DNA of 60,018 nucleotides from Bacilli bacterium (GTDB lineage Bacteria; Bacillota_I; Bacilli_A; JBKEDG01): NCBI GenBank assembly GCA_047973085.1, contig JBKEBI010000023.1, positions 1 to 60,018 of the forward strand, read 5' to 3'. Shown piece by piece: positions 9,691 to 18,663 of this stretch (position 1 is its first letter; each line of letters starts with the position of its first letter). The notes under the pieces were generated by a model. It saw only the letters and a program-made list of their open reading frames with translations, ran no database searches and was not told where the DNA came from. The position numbers and the translations under genes were made by a program.

Positions 9691-11596
9691 GTTATTATTT
9701 GTAGTTACAGTATTGCACTTAGTATTTTGTATTATTTATGTTAGATCATATACTCCTATAGAAAGCTATAGTTCTAAAAATTATATTATAAGTGTAGTGG
9801 AAAATAATGATTTATATATCCATACTACAAAAGATATAATATTTTATAGTGAGTCTAAATATAAGGTTGGCCAGCTTGTTAGTTATAGTGGTGAGTGTAT
9901 TGATAATAAGCAAAGAAATTTCATTGATTTTGAGTACTCTAAATATTTAATATCTAATAATATTAAGTGTAGTATGTATAATCCTAGTGTAAAAGTGGAA
10001 GATAAAGTTAATGGATTTTATATTTTAAAAAATAATATAAAAAACAAAGTTTTAAAAAATGATGAACTACATTTTAAAAGAGCAATAGTATTTGGAGATA
10101 AAATTTTCATTAAGGAAAATAATGAGAATCTATTTTATAATATGCATCTTGCGCACTTACTTGCACTTAGTGGGATGCACATTTCTCTAATTACGATTGG
10201 TATTAGATTTGTGCTTTCTAAATTTATTGATATTAAAGAATATGTTGATATAGGAGTGATATTTGGAATTAGTTGTTACTGTTTGCTAATTGATTATTCG
10301 TATTCAGTAATCAGAACTTTTTTAATTTTGTATTTAGTCCTATTTTTTAATAAATTTAATATTAAATTAAATAAATTTACTATATTTCTTATAGTATTTA
10401 ACATGGTATTACTCTATAATAAGTATGCAATATACTCCTATTCATTTATTTATTCTTTTCTATGTTATTTTATAATTCTTTTATGTAATAAGTATAAATA
10501 TAATTTTATAAAAATGTATTCAATTATTACTCTTTTTACAATAGCAATAACAATCAATTTAAACAATCAAGTTAATATAGTAGGGCTTATACTTTCTCCA
10601 GTCATTACTCTTATTTTTGAATTGCTATATTTTCCATATTTATTAATAACAACAATACTATTGATTCCAGATACATTTACAAAATACTTCTTAAAGTTTC
10701 TAGATATTTTATATGCAGATAATTTCAATATTATTATAAAAGATATTCATTTCTTAAGTATATTTATATATTATATGGTTATTTATTATTTACTAACAAT
10801 AAAGCGTAAAATTAATGCTTTATATGTATTGCTATGTGCATGTGTAATAGTTTTTCAATTTACATTTAAATATTCATCTATTACTTTGATATTTTTTGAT
10901 GTTGGACAAGGGGATGCTATGCTTATTTCTCTTGACAATAATATTAATATTTTAATAGATGGTGGAGGAAATATTTTTGATGAAGAAAAGAGTGATAATA
11001 TAGCTAAGTACACTATAATTCCTTATTTAAAGCAACAGGGTATTAAAAAGCTTGATTATATTATAGCAACTCATGGAGATATAGATCATATCGGCTCTTT
11101 TAACTATTTAATAAACAATTATGAATACGATAATATATTTATAAATTGTAACCAAGAAAATGAAATAGAAGAGAAGTTGAATGCAAAGCAGTTAAATAAT
11201 TTAAATTTGAGTAGTAAAAATTACGAAATTGATTTTAGTTGCAAAGTTGAAAATGACGAAAATGAGTCAAGTATAGTTACCTTTGCAAGATTTTTTTCTA
11301 CAACATTTTTATCTATGGGAGATTTAAGTTTTAATTATGAAGAATTATATGCTAAGTCTGCTGATATTTTAAAAGTGAGTCATCATGGGTCAAACACGTC
11401 TACTTCTAATGATTTTATTGAAATGGTTAATCCAAAATATGTTATAATAAGTGTAGGTAAAAATAGTTATGGTCATCCAAGTGATGAGGTATTAAATGTA
11501 GTGAAAGATTATGAAGTGTACAGAACTGATGTTTCTGGGGCAATTAAAATAACTATTAGTAAGAATGTAGTGATTGAAACCAAACTTGGAGAGTGA
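9638..11596 (+). CDS. comEC: DNA internalization competence protein ComEC/Rec2 (channel plus metallo-beta-lactamase domain)
   Basis: Polytopic membrane core, then MBL motifs (FFDVGQGDA, ATHGDIDHIG, SHHGS). The start codon is uncertain because the ORF overlaps the comEA 3' end. Confidence 0.85.
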   Translation: MELVKLLLIKLKLILRYRLLFVVTVLHLVFCIIYVRSYTPIESYSSKNYIISVVENNDLYIHTTKDIIFYSESKYKVGQLVSYSGECIDNKQRNFIDFEYSKYLISNNIKCSMYNPSVKVEDKVNGFYILKNNIKNKVLKNDELHFKRAIVFGDKIFIKENNENLFYNMHLAHLLALSGMHISLITIGIRFVLSKFIDIKEYVDIGVIFGISCYCLLIDYSYSVIRTFLILYLVLFFNKFNIKLNKFTIFLIVFNMVLLYNKYAIYSYSFIYSFLCYFIILLCNKYKYNFIKMYSIITLFTIAITINLNNQVNIVGLILSPVITLIFELLYFPYLLITTILLIPDTFTKYFLKFLDILYADNFNIIIKDIHFLSIFIYYMVIYYLLTIKRKINALYVLLCACVIVFQFTFKYSSITLIFFDVGQGDAMLISLDNNINILIDGGGNIFDEEKSDNIAKYTIIPYLKQQGIKKLDYIIATHGDIDHIGSFNYLINNYEYDNIFINCNQENEIEEKLNAKQLNNLNLSSKNYEIDFSCKVENDENESSIVTFARFFSTTFLSMGDLSFNYEELYAKSADILKVSHHGSNTSTSNDFIEMVNPKYVIISVGKNSYGHPSDEVLNVVKDYEVYRTDVSGAIKITISKNVVIETKLGE

Positions 11597-11600
11597 TATT

Positions 11601-12560
11601 ATGAATTTTATTATTAAATCAAATGTAGCTAATTTAATAGATAAACAGCTTAATGCTTTAGTTAGTAAATATCAAGAGAGTAGAGAAGTTGAAGTAATTA
11701 AATATGATATGGATTTAGTAAGCTTAGATGATATACTAGAGGAAGCTAATACCTATCCGATGTGGTCTGATTTTAAGTTAATTGTGTGTTATAACGCAAA
11801 TTTCTTAACTTCTAAAGGAATTAATAATTCAGAATTTGAAAATGATTATGATCTATTGGAAGAATATATTGCTTCAAATAGTAGTTTTAGTGCAATGGTT
11901 TTTGTTTTGGGAGGAGATTTTGATAAGCGAAAAAAAATTTACAAATCTCTTTCAAAGACATGTAGAATTTTTGATTTAGATACCTTTGATAATCATAAAG
12001 TTGTGAAAATGGTTAAGAGTAGGCTTGAAAAAGAAGGGAAAAGTATTTCTGACACTAATGCAAAGTACATATGTGAGCGTCTAAATTACAATTTATCTTT
12101 AATTTTTATAGAGTTAGACAAATTATGTTTGATAGTTGAAGAGGAGTTTACTAAAGAAATTATTGATGTTTTAGTTAGCAGAACTATAGAGGATAATATT
12201 TTCGAGCTTACTACTGCTGTTATGAGTTGCGATGTTAAAAATGCGTATTCAATTTATAATGATTTAATAATGAATAAAGAAGAGCCAATTGCAATGGTTG
12301 CAATGTTAGCTAATCAATTTAGAGTGCTACTACAAGTAAAAGGCTACGCAAAACTAGGTATGTCAAAAAATGAAATTGCTTCTAGGTTAAAAATTCATCC
12401 ATATCGAGTTGAACTTGCTCTTAAAAATAAAGAGTTTAATAAACAGAGGATTTTAAATTATCTTGATGAACTTTGTGATATTGATTATCAAATAAAAAGT
12501 GGAAGGGTAGATAAGTATGCTGCCTTGGAACTATTTTTGTTATCTCTTAATAGAACTTAA
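11601..12560 (+). CDS. holA: DNA polymerase III delta subunit
   Basis: About 320 aa, position after comEC, HolA-like C-terminal region (IHPYRVELALKN..., DYQIKSG). ATG 11601 is preceded by GGAGAG. Confidence 0.8.
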   Translation: MNFIIKSNVANLIDKQLNALVSKYQESREVEVIKYDMDLVSLDDILEEANTYPMWSDFKLIVCYNANFLTSKGINNSEFENDYDLLEEYIASNSSFSAMVFVLGGDFDKRKKIYKSLSKTCRIFDLDTFDNHKVVKMVKSRLEKEGKSISDTNAKYICERLNYNLSLIFIELDKLCLIVEEEFTKEIIDVLVSRTIEDNIFELTTAVMSCDVKNAYSIYNDLIMNKEEPIAMVAMLANQFRVLLQVKGYAKLGMSKNEIASRLKIHPYRVELALKNKEFNKQRILNYLDELCDIDYQIKSGRVDKYAALELFLLSLNRT

Positions 12561-13039
12561 TTTATGTAATTATAGGAATGGAATATCCGAGCGTGGTATG
12601 ACTTCTGCTTTATACTGATTTTTAAAAAAGAGCATGCTGTGTTTGAATTTTACAAATTTGAGGATATTTATGTAAAGTCCAATATCATTGGTTATGGGAG
12701 TATAATATTTTTAGACAAATAAAAATCAATAGATGTAAGATACATCAAGTTTCACAAAAGCTAATAGATAAATTGTTAGATTTAAAGAAGAATGGCCAAA
12801 GTAAAAAATGCTACTAAGTATGAGATGTTTTAAAATTATGAATAAATATTTGAGTTATATAAAAAGACTAGCTCTAAATACAATTAAATATCGATAATAA
12901 GAATTTTATTATCAATTGTTTCATATGAAAATAAGCTATGACAGTGTAATCAATTAATAAGGATAATAACAATAAACTGGCAGTTCCAGGTATAATAGTA
13001 ATATGACTTATACTTGTAAATATTGAAGTTTTTGTTAAT

Positions 13040-15916
13040 GTGTATTTGGTTTCAAAGCTTGCTGAAAAATTAATGCAAAAACTAAATAAGCGATACAGGC
13101 TATTTTTTAGCTTGTATTTTTTTATTCTATTATTTAATTTATATTCAACTAAAATTAATACATACGGTTTTGGAAATGTAATTAAATCTAAGCAGAATGA
13201 TGAGCTAGCTACAAATTATATGTATGATAGTAATAACAATTTAGTCAAAGTTATAAAAAGTAATACAACAGTTCAAGAATATAAATATGATAGTATGAAT
13301 AACCCGGTTTATTTTGAAAATACTAATTCAATTACACATAAATATGAGTATGACAAAAGAAATAGACTAGTAGCAGAAATAGAACATGATGGAAGTAAAA
13401 TAGAATTTGAATATGATAATGCAGATAATATTACAAAAGAATTAGCACAAAATTCAAGTAGAGTGCATACATACAATAAAACAGGAAACCTTGTAAAAAC
13501 AGAATATGTAGAACAAGGACAAACATATACTACAGATATCAAATATGATAAATATAATAGAATAGTAGAAGTAGTAGATCCAAATGAAAATAAGGTAAAA
13601 TATAGCTACGATAGTCAAGACAATAGAACTGCACTTACATACAGTGATGGAAGTAGACAAAGCTATGAATACAATGAAAAAGGAATTGTAGTATCTACTA
13701 CAACAAGAGATGATATTGTAATAGAATTTGAATATGATAATAACTATAATCTTACAAATCAAAACTACAGTAATGGAGTAGAAGTAGTAGAAGAGTATGA
13801 TCAAAACAATCAACCAACAAATACAATCTACACAAATGAAGGTAATGTAGTAGAGAGTATCACATATGAATATGATGAAGGTGGACGCTTAGTTCAAAAT
13901 AATCGTGAAGTAGAAGGAAAGACCATAGAAAAGTCATATGAATATGACGAGTTAAATCAACTATCAAGAGCAGAATATAATATTCAAGATGGAATGATAG
14001 ATACAAATATAATCTATGAATATGAATACGATAAATTAAGTAATAGAAGTCTAGAGAAAGTAACAACAGATGGAGAAGTAGAAGTATTTGTAGAAAAAAC
14101 GAACAAAGTAGGACAAATAACATCAAGAAAGAGTGCAGAAGAAGAAATAACATATGAATATGATAAAAATGGAAATTTAGTTGAAGAAGTTTCAAAAGAT
14201 GGTACAATAGAATATGAGTACAATGAATTTGGAAAACTTAGTACAACAACAAAAGATGGACTACGCTATGAAGACTATTATTATGATGGATTTGGAAATA
14301 GAGTAGGGAAAACAAGTTACAGCTACTATGATGAATATAGTGGAGCAAGAAAGGATAACTTGCAAAATCTAGAAGGAGCGCTAACAAAAGCCAAAGATGA
14401 AGGACTTGACTGTAGCAAAGAAGGGTTACAAGACCTAGAAACAGGGCTGACTAGTGATAAGCAATGTGAATTAAACACTACAGCAGGGCTTGGAGTAAAC
14501 AGACTAGAAGTAGAATATGTAAATGATATAGGATATGAAAATGATATAGGATATGAAAATGCACTAGTACTAGAAGTAAAAGAAGAGTCAGAAATATATA
14601 ACACATTCATCTATGAAAAACCACTAACATCAACAATAAATGAAGAAGTGGAAGTAAATGTACTAACAAGAAGTAATACAATAAATGCAAGAATAGGTGA
14701 AGAAGTAGTAGTACATGAATATGCAACAAATGGAGAAGAGTTAGAAGTAGTAAATGATTTTGAGATTGTAAATGAATTAGGATACAATGGAGAAATAGAA
14801 GATAACTTAAATATGCAATATTTAAGAGCAAGATACTACAAACAAGATAGTGCAAGATTCATGAGTGAAGACACATACAGAGGAGAAGTAGGAAGAGGAC
14901 AAAGTCATAATTCATATATCTACACTGAGAACAATCCTGTGGAGTATGTTGATAAGAATGGTGAACAGATTGCAGATCCAGGTGATAGAGGAGGAACTAT
15001 TTATTATGGATCAGGATTTCAGATAGTATCAAATGGAAATGGAACTGTAAGGATAAAATATGCAGATGGACTTGGACTTACTGGAGGTAGAGTAGTATCA
15101 GAAAATGCTCGAAAATGGCTTAAAGATAATGGCTACGACCATTTTGTAAATGGTGGATATTCTAAAAAATCGTATGATGATATAGCAAATGATGCATATA
15201 CAGGAGGAACTATTAGAAAAGAGCCAACAGTTTATGGTGAATTGTATGGGTTATCAACAAATGATAGACTGTTTGTAGAAAAAGCTGTAATGTGTGATAC
15301 ATTAGAGGATAGTGGTTTAACTACTGAGGAAATCAAGTACGCTATTCATGAATATAGCTTGGAAGAATTGCAAAACTTTTTAGATAGTGGTTTAAGCTGG
15401 AGTGTGTGGTTGGATTGGCAGAATTCTAAATCAAGTGGTGGATTTGGTAGTCCTGTGGATTTCTACTATGGATTTGTTGATTCACTTGTAAAAAAAGTTA
15501 GTGATATAGCATCGCTGATAATGTCGCTACCTTACAATGATGTATTTGTAGCAGCTATGACTGCATTAGCTGCATCTTCAGTCGCTATTTATTCAGTAAT
15601 TATTGCAATACAAGCAGCTCCTGGTATAGGACAAGTAATTAGTGCTATAGCTGGAGCAGTAGTAGTAATGTTTGCTGCAAAGGAGCTTATAAAGAGCATA
15701 AATCATGTATATGACATGGGATCATCATTTATGTATGCTGCAGGTTATGTTTCAATAGATATAGTGCTATTAGGTTTATCGATCAAAGCACTTAAGTCTG
15801 CTTTGAGTACCTTAAAAGGAAATGGTAGTGGAACAGGAGGCAGTGCTGTAGATGATGTAGTAGAGAGTGGGAGTAACGTTATAGTAAAAGCTGGTGATGT
15901 TACTCCAAAGGGTTAA
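13040..15916 (+). CDS. Rhs/YD-repeat polymorphic toxin protein (zero-frame product)
   Basis: N-terminal hydrophobic signal-like segment and many YD repeats (YEYD..N..). Rhs core end: RARYYKQDSARFMSEDTY...YIYTENNPVEYVDKNGE (boundary near 14965). A 316-aa C-terminal extension follows. The start may be ATG 13073; no clear RBS at either candidate. Confidence 0.85.
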   Translation: MYLVSKLAEKLMQKLNKRYRLFFSLYFFILLFNLYSTKINTYGFGNVIKSKQNDELATNYMYDSNNNLVKVIKSNTTVQEYKYDSMNNPVYFENTNSITHKYEYDKRNRLVAEIEHDGSKIEFEYDNADNITKELAQNSSRVHTYNKTGNLVKTEYVEQGQTYTTDIKYDKYNRIVEVVDPNENKVKYSYDSQDNRTALTYSDGSRQSYEYNEKGIVVSTTTRDDIVIEFEYDNNYNLTNQNYSNGVEVVEEYDQNNQPTNTIYTNEGNVVESITYEYDEGGRLVQNNREVEGKTIEKSYEYDELNQLSRAEYNIQDGMIDTNIIYEYEYDKLSNRSLEKVTTDGEVEVFVEKTNKVGQITSRKSAEEEITYEYDKNGNLVEEVSKDGTIEYEYNEFGKLSTTTKDGLRYEDYYYDGFGNRVGKTSYSYYDEYSGARKDNLQNLEGALTKAKDEGLDCSKEGLQDLETGLTSDKQCELNTTAGLGVNRLEVEYVNDIGYENDIGYENALVLEVKEESEIYNTFIYEKPLTSTINEEVEVNVLTRSNTINARIGEEVVVHEYATNGEELEVVNDFEIVNELGYNGEIEDNLNMQYLRARYYKQDSARFMSEDTYRGEVGRGQSHNSYIYTENNPVEYVDKNGEQIADPGDRGGTIYYGSGFQIVSNGNGTVRIKYADGLGLTGGRVVSENARKWLKDNGYDHFVNGGYSKKSYDDIANDAYTGGTIRKEPTVYGELYGLSTNDRLFVEKAVMCDTLEDSGLTTEEIKYAIHEYSLEELQNFLDSGLSWSVWLDWQNSKSSGGFGSPVDFYYGFVDSLVKKVSDIASLIMSLPYNDVFVAAMTALAASSVAIYSVIIAIQAAPGIGQVISAIAGAVVVMFAAKELIKSINHVYDMGSSFMYAAGYVSIDIVLLGLSIKALKSALSTLKGNGSGTGGSAVDDVVESGSNVIVKAGDVTPKG

Positions 15917-16185
15917 AGTTCACAAATCATGCAGCAGATAAATTTAATAGCATAGATAACTTAACTACCGGTGCAGTAGATGATATAATTAGTGCTCCTG
16001 AAATAAAAGTATTAGATACTAATACAGGAAACATAAACACCTACAAAATGACCAGTGCATCATCATCAAGTTATACAAGAGTAACTATTCCTTCTGATGG
16101 CGGTAAAAGAATAATATCTGTAGGGTTTAATCCAATGAAAGATATTCAAAAATATATAGATAATGGAAGATTTATTGTAAAATAG
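15898..16185 (+). other. Start-less C-terminal toxin module in the -1 frame relative to the Rhs ORF (frameshifted or recoded toxin tip)
   Basis: The frame is open from 15898 to TAG 16183-16185. It encodes ...GLKFTNHAADKFNSIDNLTTGAVDDIISAPEIKVLDTNTGNINTYKMTSASSSSYTRVTIPSDGGKRIISVGFNPMKDIQKYIDNGRFIVK. No initiation codon or RBS at its 5' end. Confidence 0.6.
15907..15913 (+). other. Candidate -1 slippery heptamer A AAG GGT at the end of the Rhs ORF
   Basis: Zero-frame codons are CCA AAG GGT TAA. The heptamer fits X XXY YYZ. The -1 frame continues TTA AAG TTC... Confidence 0.35.
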
Positions 16186-16198
16186 GGAGGTGAGTAAA

Positions 16199-16441
16199 AT
16201 GGCAGTTTTAACATATGAAAACTTATTAAAATTAATTGAAGATAATCCTGAGTACATTAATTATGATGAGGATATAAGTCCTAAAAGTAATTTAGTTATC
16301 ATTTTTGATGAATCATCAAAATGTAAAAATATCAGTGACTTTTCATTTGCTGAAGGTAGTATTTTAATGGATACAGGTAGTCGTGAAATGATTATAAGTG
16401 GATCAGATAAAGGGACAATTAAATCAATAGAATTTAATTAG
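16199..16441 (+). CDS. Putative cognate immunity protein (80 aa)
   Basis: GGGAGG at 16185-16190 overlaps the toxin-module stop, and ATG lies 8 nt downstream. Small acidic protein in the expected position for an Rhs immunity gene. Confidence 0.55.
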   Translation: MAVLTYENLLKLIEDNPEYINYDEDISPKSNLVIIFDESSKCKNISDFSFAEGSILMDTGSREMIISGSDKGTIKSIEFN

Positions 16442-16885
16442 TGGAGATATCAAACTTTAGTTAATATGTATTTGAGTTACACAAAATATGAGCCTTGTAC
16501 TTTGTGCTTGGCTCTTTTCTTTTACAAGATTTTTTAATGATTGATTTACTTTTATTAATTTAATTATTACTAACAAGTTAATTAATTATATTATTTATGC
16601 TTAATTAGAATTACAATAAATTTTGTAGTTATTAAAAACTAAGTAGTATTTTTTGCTTTTGATGATGTATTATATTCAACTTGAATTGATTCAACAACTT
16701 AAACATCTAATTAAGCATTCTTACAAATAAATAATTAAACTCCAATATTTAAAACTATATTTAGACTATTGTTATCTTTAAATATTGGAGCATAAATAAA
16801 GCCATATGGAAATTTCTCAATTTAATTACTTTGAGATTTGTAATGCACCCCAAAAGTTGGACAACCAACTAAGGGGTGCTTTAAT

Positions 16886-17344
16886 ATGGCAAAATATAAA
16901 AAAAGTTTTAAATTAGACGTTGTAAAATTTTACGAAGAAAATGGGACAAATTGCACTTTAAGAGTGTATAATATTAGTAACACAGCACTACGAAAGTGGT
17001 TGCGCGACTATAAGGAAGGGACATTTATGAGAAAATCAACTAAGACATATACTATTGACGAAAAATTAGAAATTATTAATTATTATCGAAATAATGGTCA
17101 AGTAGCTACTGTTGATAAGTACAACATCTCAAAGTCTGTATTTATGAAGTGGGAACGAATTTTGATCGAAGATGGAGAAAAAGCACTCGGATTAGAAAGA
17201 AGAGGAAGACCAGGAAAGTCACATGTCAAAAAAACTGTAAATGAAGATGAAGATCTCCTTAAAGAAGTACAACGATTAAGATTGGAGAATGCATACTTAA
17301 AAAAGTTGAGTACCTTAGACCAAGAAAAGCAAAAGAAAAAGTAG
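16886..17344 (+). CDS. IS3-family transposase OrfA (HTH plus leucine zipper)
   Basis: HTH-type N-terminus and C-terminal LRLENAYLKKL zipper. Contains the slippery site A AAA AAG at 17299-17305. Confidence 0.85.
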   Translation: MAKYKKSFKLDVVKFYEENGTNCTLRVYNISNTALRKWLRDYKEGTFMRKSTKTYTIDEKLEIINYYRNNGQVATVDKYNISKSVFMKWERILIEDGEKALGLERRGRPGKSHVKKTVNEDEDLLKEVQRLRLENAYLKKLSTLDQEKQKKK

Positions 17345-17394
17345 CAGCAATACTTAGTCTAAGGGATCACAAAGATTTTGACTTAAATATACTA

Positions 17395-18192
17395 TTGGAT
17401 ATTGCATGTTTAGCAAAATCAACATATTACTATCATTTAAATAAAGTGCAGTGTGATATTGATGAATGTAATGTTAAGGATATTATTACTGAGATATGTG
17501 TAAAGCATAAGTTTAGATATGGTTACAGAAGAGTTACAATGGAACTACGTAACCAACACAATATTATAGTCAACCACAAGAAAGTACTTAGGATAATGAA
17601 AGAATATAATTTACTTGCTAGACGAAAGAGGAAGACAAGATACAGTTCATATAAGGGAAAAGTAGGAACTGTTGCTAATAACTTAATCGATAGAAACTTC
17701 TCGGCAGATAGACCCTATGAAAAAGTATGTACGGATGTTACTGAATTTAGAGTTGGTGAGTGCAAATTGTACTTGAGTGCAGCAATAGATTTATACAGTA
17801 GAAAGATAGTTGGATATAGTGTTGGTAAATCACCAACTGTTAATTTTGTTTTAAGTAGTATTAGATGTTTTATAGACAATGAGCATAAAATGATAATTTA
17901 TAATGATCAGGGTTTTCAATATCAGAATAAATTATATCAAAACTTACTTCTTAAAAATAACTGTGAAATTAGTATGTCTAGAAAAGGAAACTGTTTAGAT
18001 AATTCCCCAATAGAAAATTTCTTTTCGATACTAAAAAATGAAATGTATCACTTTAATAATTTTAAAAACATTGAAGAGTTAACAGAGGAAATAAATAAGT
18101 ATATAAAATATTATAATGAAGAAAGAATTTCTTTGAAAATAAAAGGAATGACACCAAGTAAATATTTGGAATCATTCCAGTTAATCAATTAA
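17395..18192 (+). CDS. IS3-family transposase OrfB (DDE/rve catalytic domain), expressed as an OrfAB fusion by -1 frameshifting
   Basis: DDE-type motifs (TDVTEF, YNDQGFQYQ, NCLDNSPIENFF). The -1 frame is open from the slippery site onward. Confidence 0.85.
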   Translation: MDIACLAKSTYYYHLNKVQCDIDECNVKDIITEICVKHKFRYGYRRVTMELRNQHNIIVNHKKVLRIMKEYNLLARRKRKTRYSSYKGKVGTVANNLIDRNFSADRPYEKVCTDVTEFRVGECKLYLSAAIDLYSRKIVGYSVGKSPTVNFVLSSIRCFIDNEHKMIIYNDQGFQYQNKLYQNLLLKNNCEISMSRKGNCLDNSPIENFFSILKNEMYHFNNFKNIEELTEEINKYIKYYNEERISLKIKGMTPSKYLESFQLIN

Positions 18193-18233
18193 ATTTTGTC
18201 CAACTTTATGGGTTCACTACACTCAATGATTTT

Positions 18234-18494
18234 TTATAAGCTTGCAACTTTTTTAGCAAGTCTTGCTTTTTGATTAGCAGCAAAGTTCTTATGAACTATT
18301 CCTTTGCTAATAGCTTTATCTAATTTTTTATAAGCAACTTTTAAGTTTTCTTCAGCAACAGCTTTATCGTTTGATGCGATTGCAGCTTCAACACTTTTAA
18401 TTGCAGTTCTCATACTAGACTTATAAGAAGAAGTATATTGTCTTCTTTTATTATTTGTTTTTACTCTTTTTGCTTTACTTTTAATGTTTGGCAT
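18234..18494 (-). CDS. rpsT: 30S ribosomal protein S20
   Basis: 86 aa, MPNIKSKAKRVKTNNKRR..., typical S20. Confidence 0.95.
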   Translation of the reverse strand: MPNIKSKAKRVKTNNKRRQYTSSYKSSMRTAIKSVEAAIASNDKAVAEENLKVAYKKLDKAISKGIVHKNFAANQKARLAKKVASL

Positions 18495-18663
18495 TTATCT
18501 CACCTCCTGTATACGCACTATTTATTGTAGCAAATAATATGTTAAAAATCAATAAATAATTATAATAAAAGGTATAAACTTTGCTTTTATACTATAAGTT
18601 GTTTAATAAAGCGGTTTTTTATGGTAAAATATACTAGTATTTAGAAAGAAATGGTGATACTTA

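Larger units (their letters stand above)
16839..18221 (+). mobile_element. Intact IS3-family insertion sequence (IS150-like organisation)
   Basis: Terminal inverted repeats: TGTAATGCACCCCAAAAGTTGGACAA (16839-) and reverse complement TGTAGTGAACCCATAAAGTTGGACAA (-18221). orfA and orfB are in the 0/-1 frames, with A AAA AAG at 17299-17305. Confidence 0.85.

Noticed and set aside
12561-13039. Short start-less reading frames (for example ...WNIRAWYDFCFILIFKKEHAVFEFYKFEDIYVKSNIIGYGSIIFLDK) as gene remnants or a missing Rhs N-terminus or secretion partner
   Set aside because: They have no start codon, RBS or recognisable motif, and stops occur in all frames. I cannot distinguish them from random open stretches, so I treat the region as degenerate spacer.
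13309-14855. Six minus-strand ORFs of 69-119 aa (13309-13542, 13454-13813, 13860-14207, 14014-14223, 14326-14610, 14607-14855) inside the Rhs gene
   Set aside because: They are antisense to a strongly supported YD-repeat ORF and encode low-complexity L/I/F/S/H-rich peptides. These are the expected complement of purine-rich GAA/GAT/AAA codons. They have no RBS and no recognisable domains.
16066-16257. 63-aa minus-strand ORF spanning the toxin-module/immunity junction
   Set aside because: It overlaps both the plus-strand toxin module and the RBS-coupled immunity ORF. The product is hydrophobic and low-complexity, and there is no translation signal.
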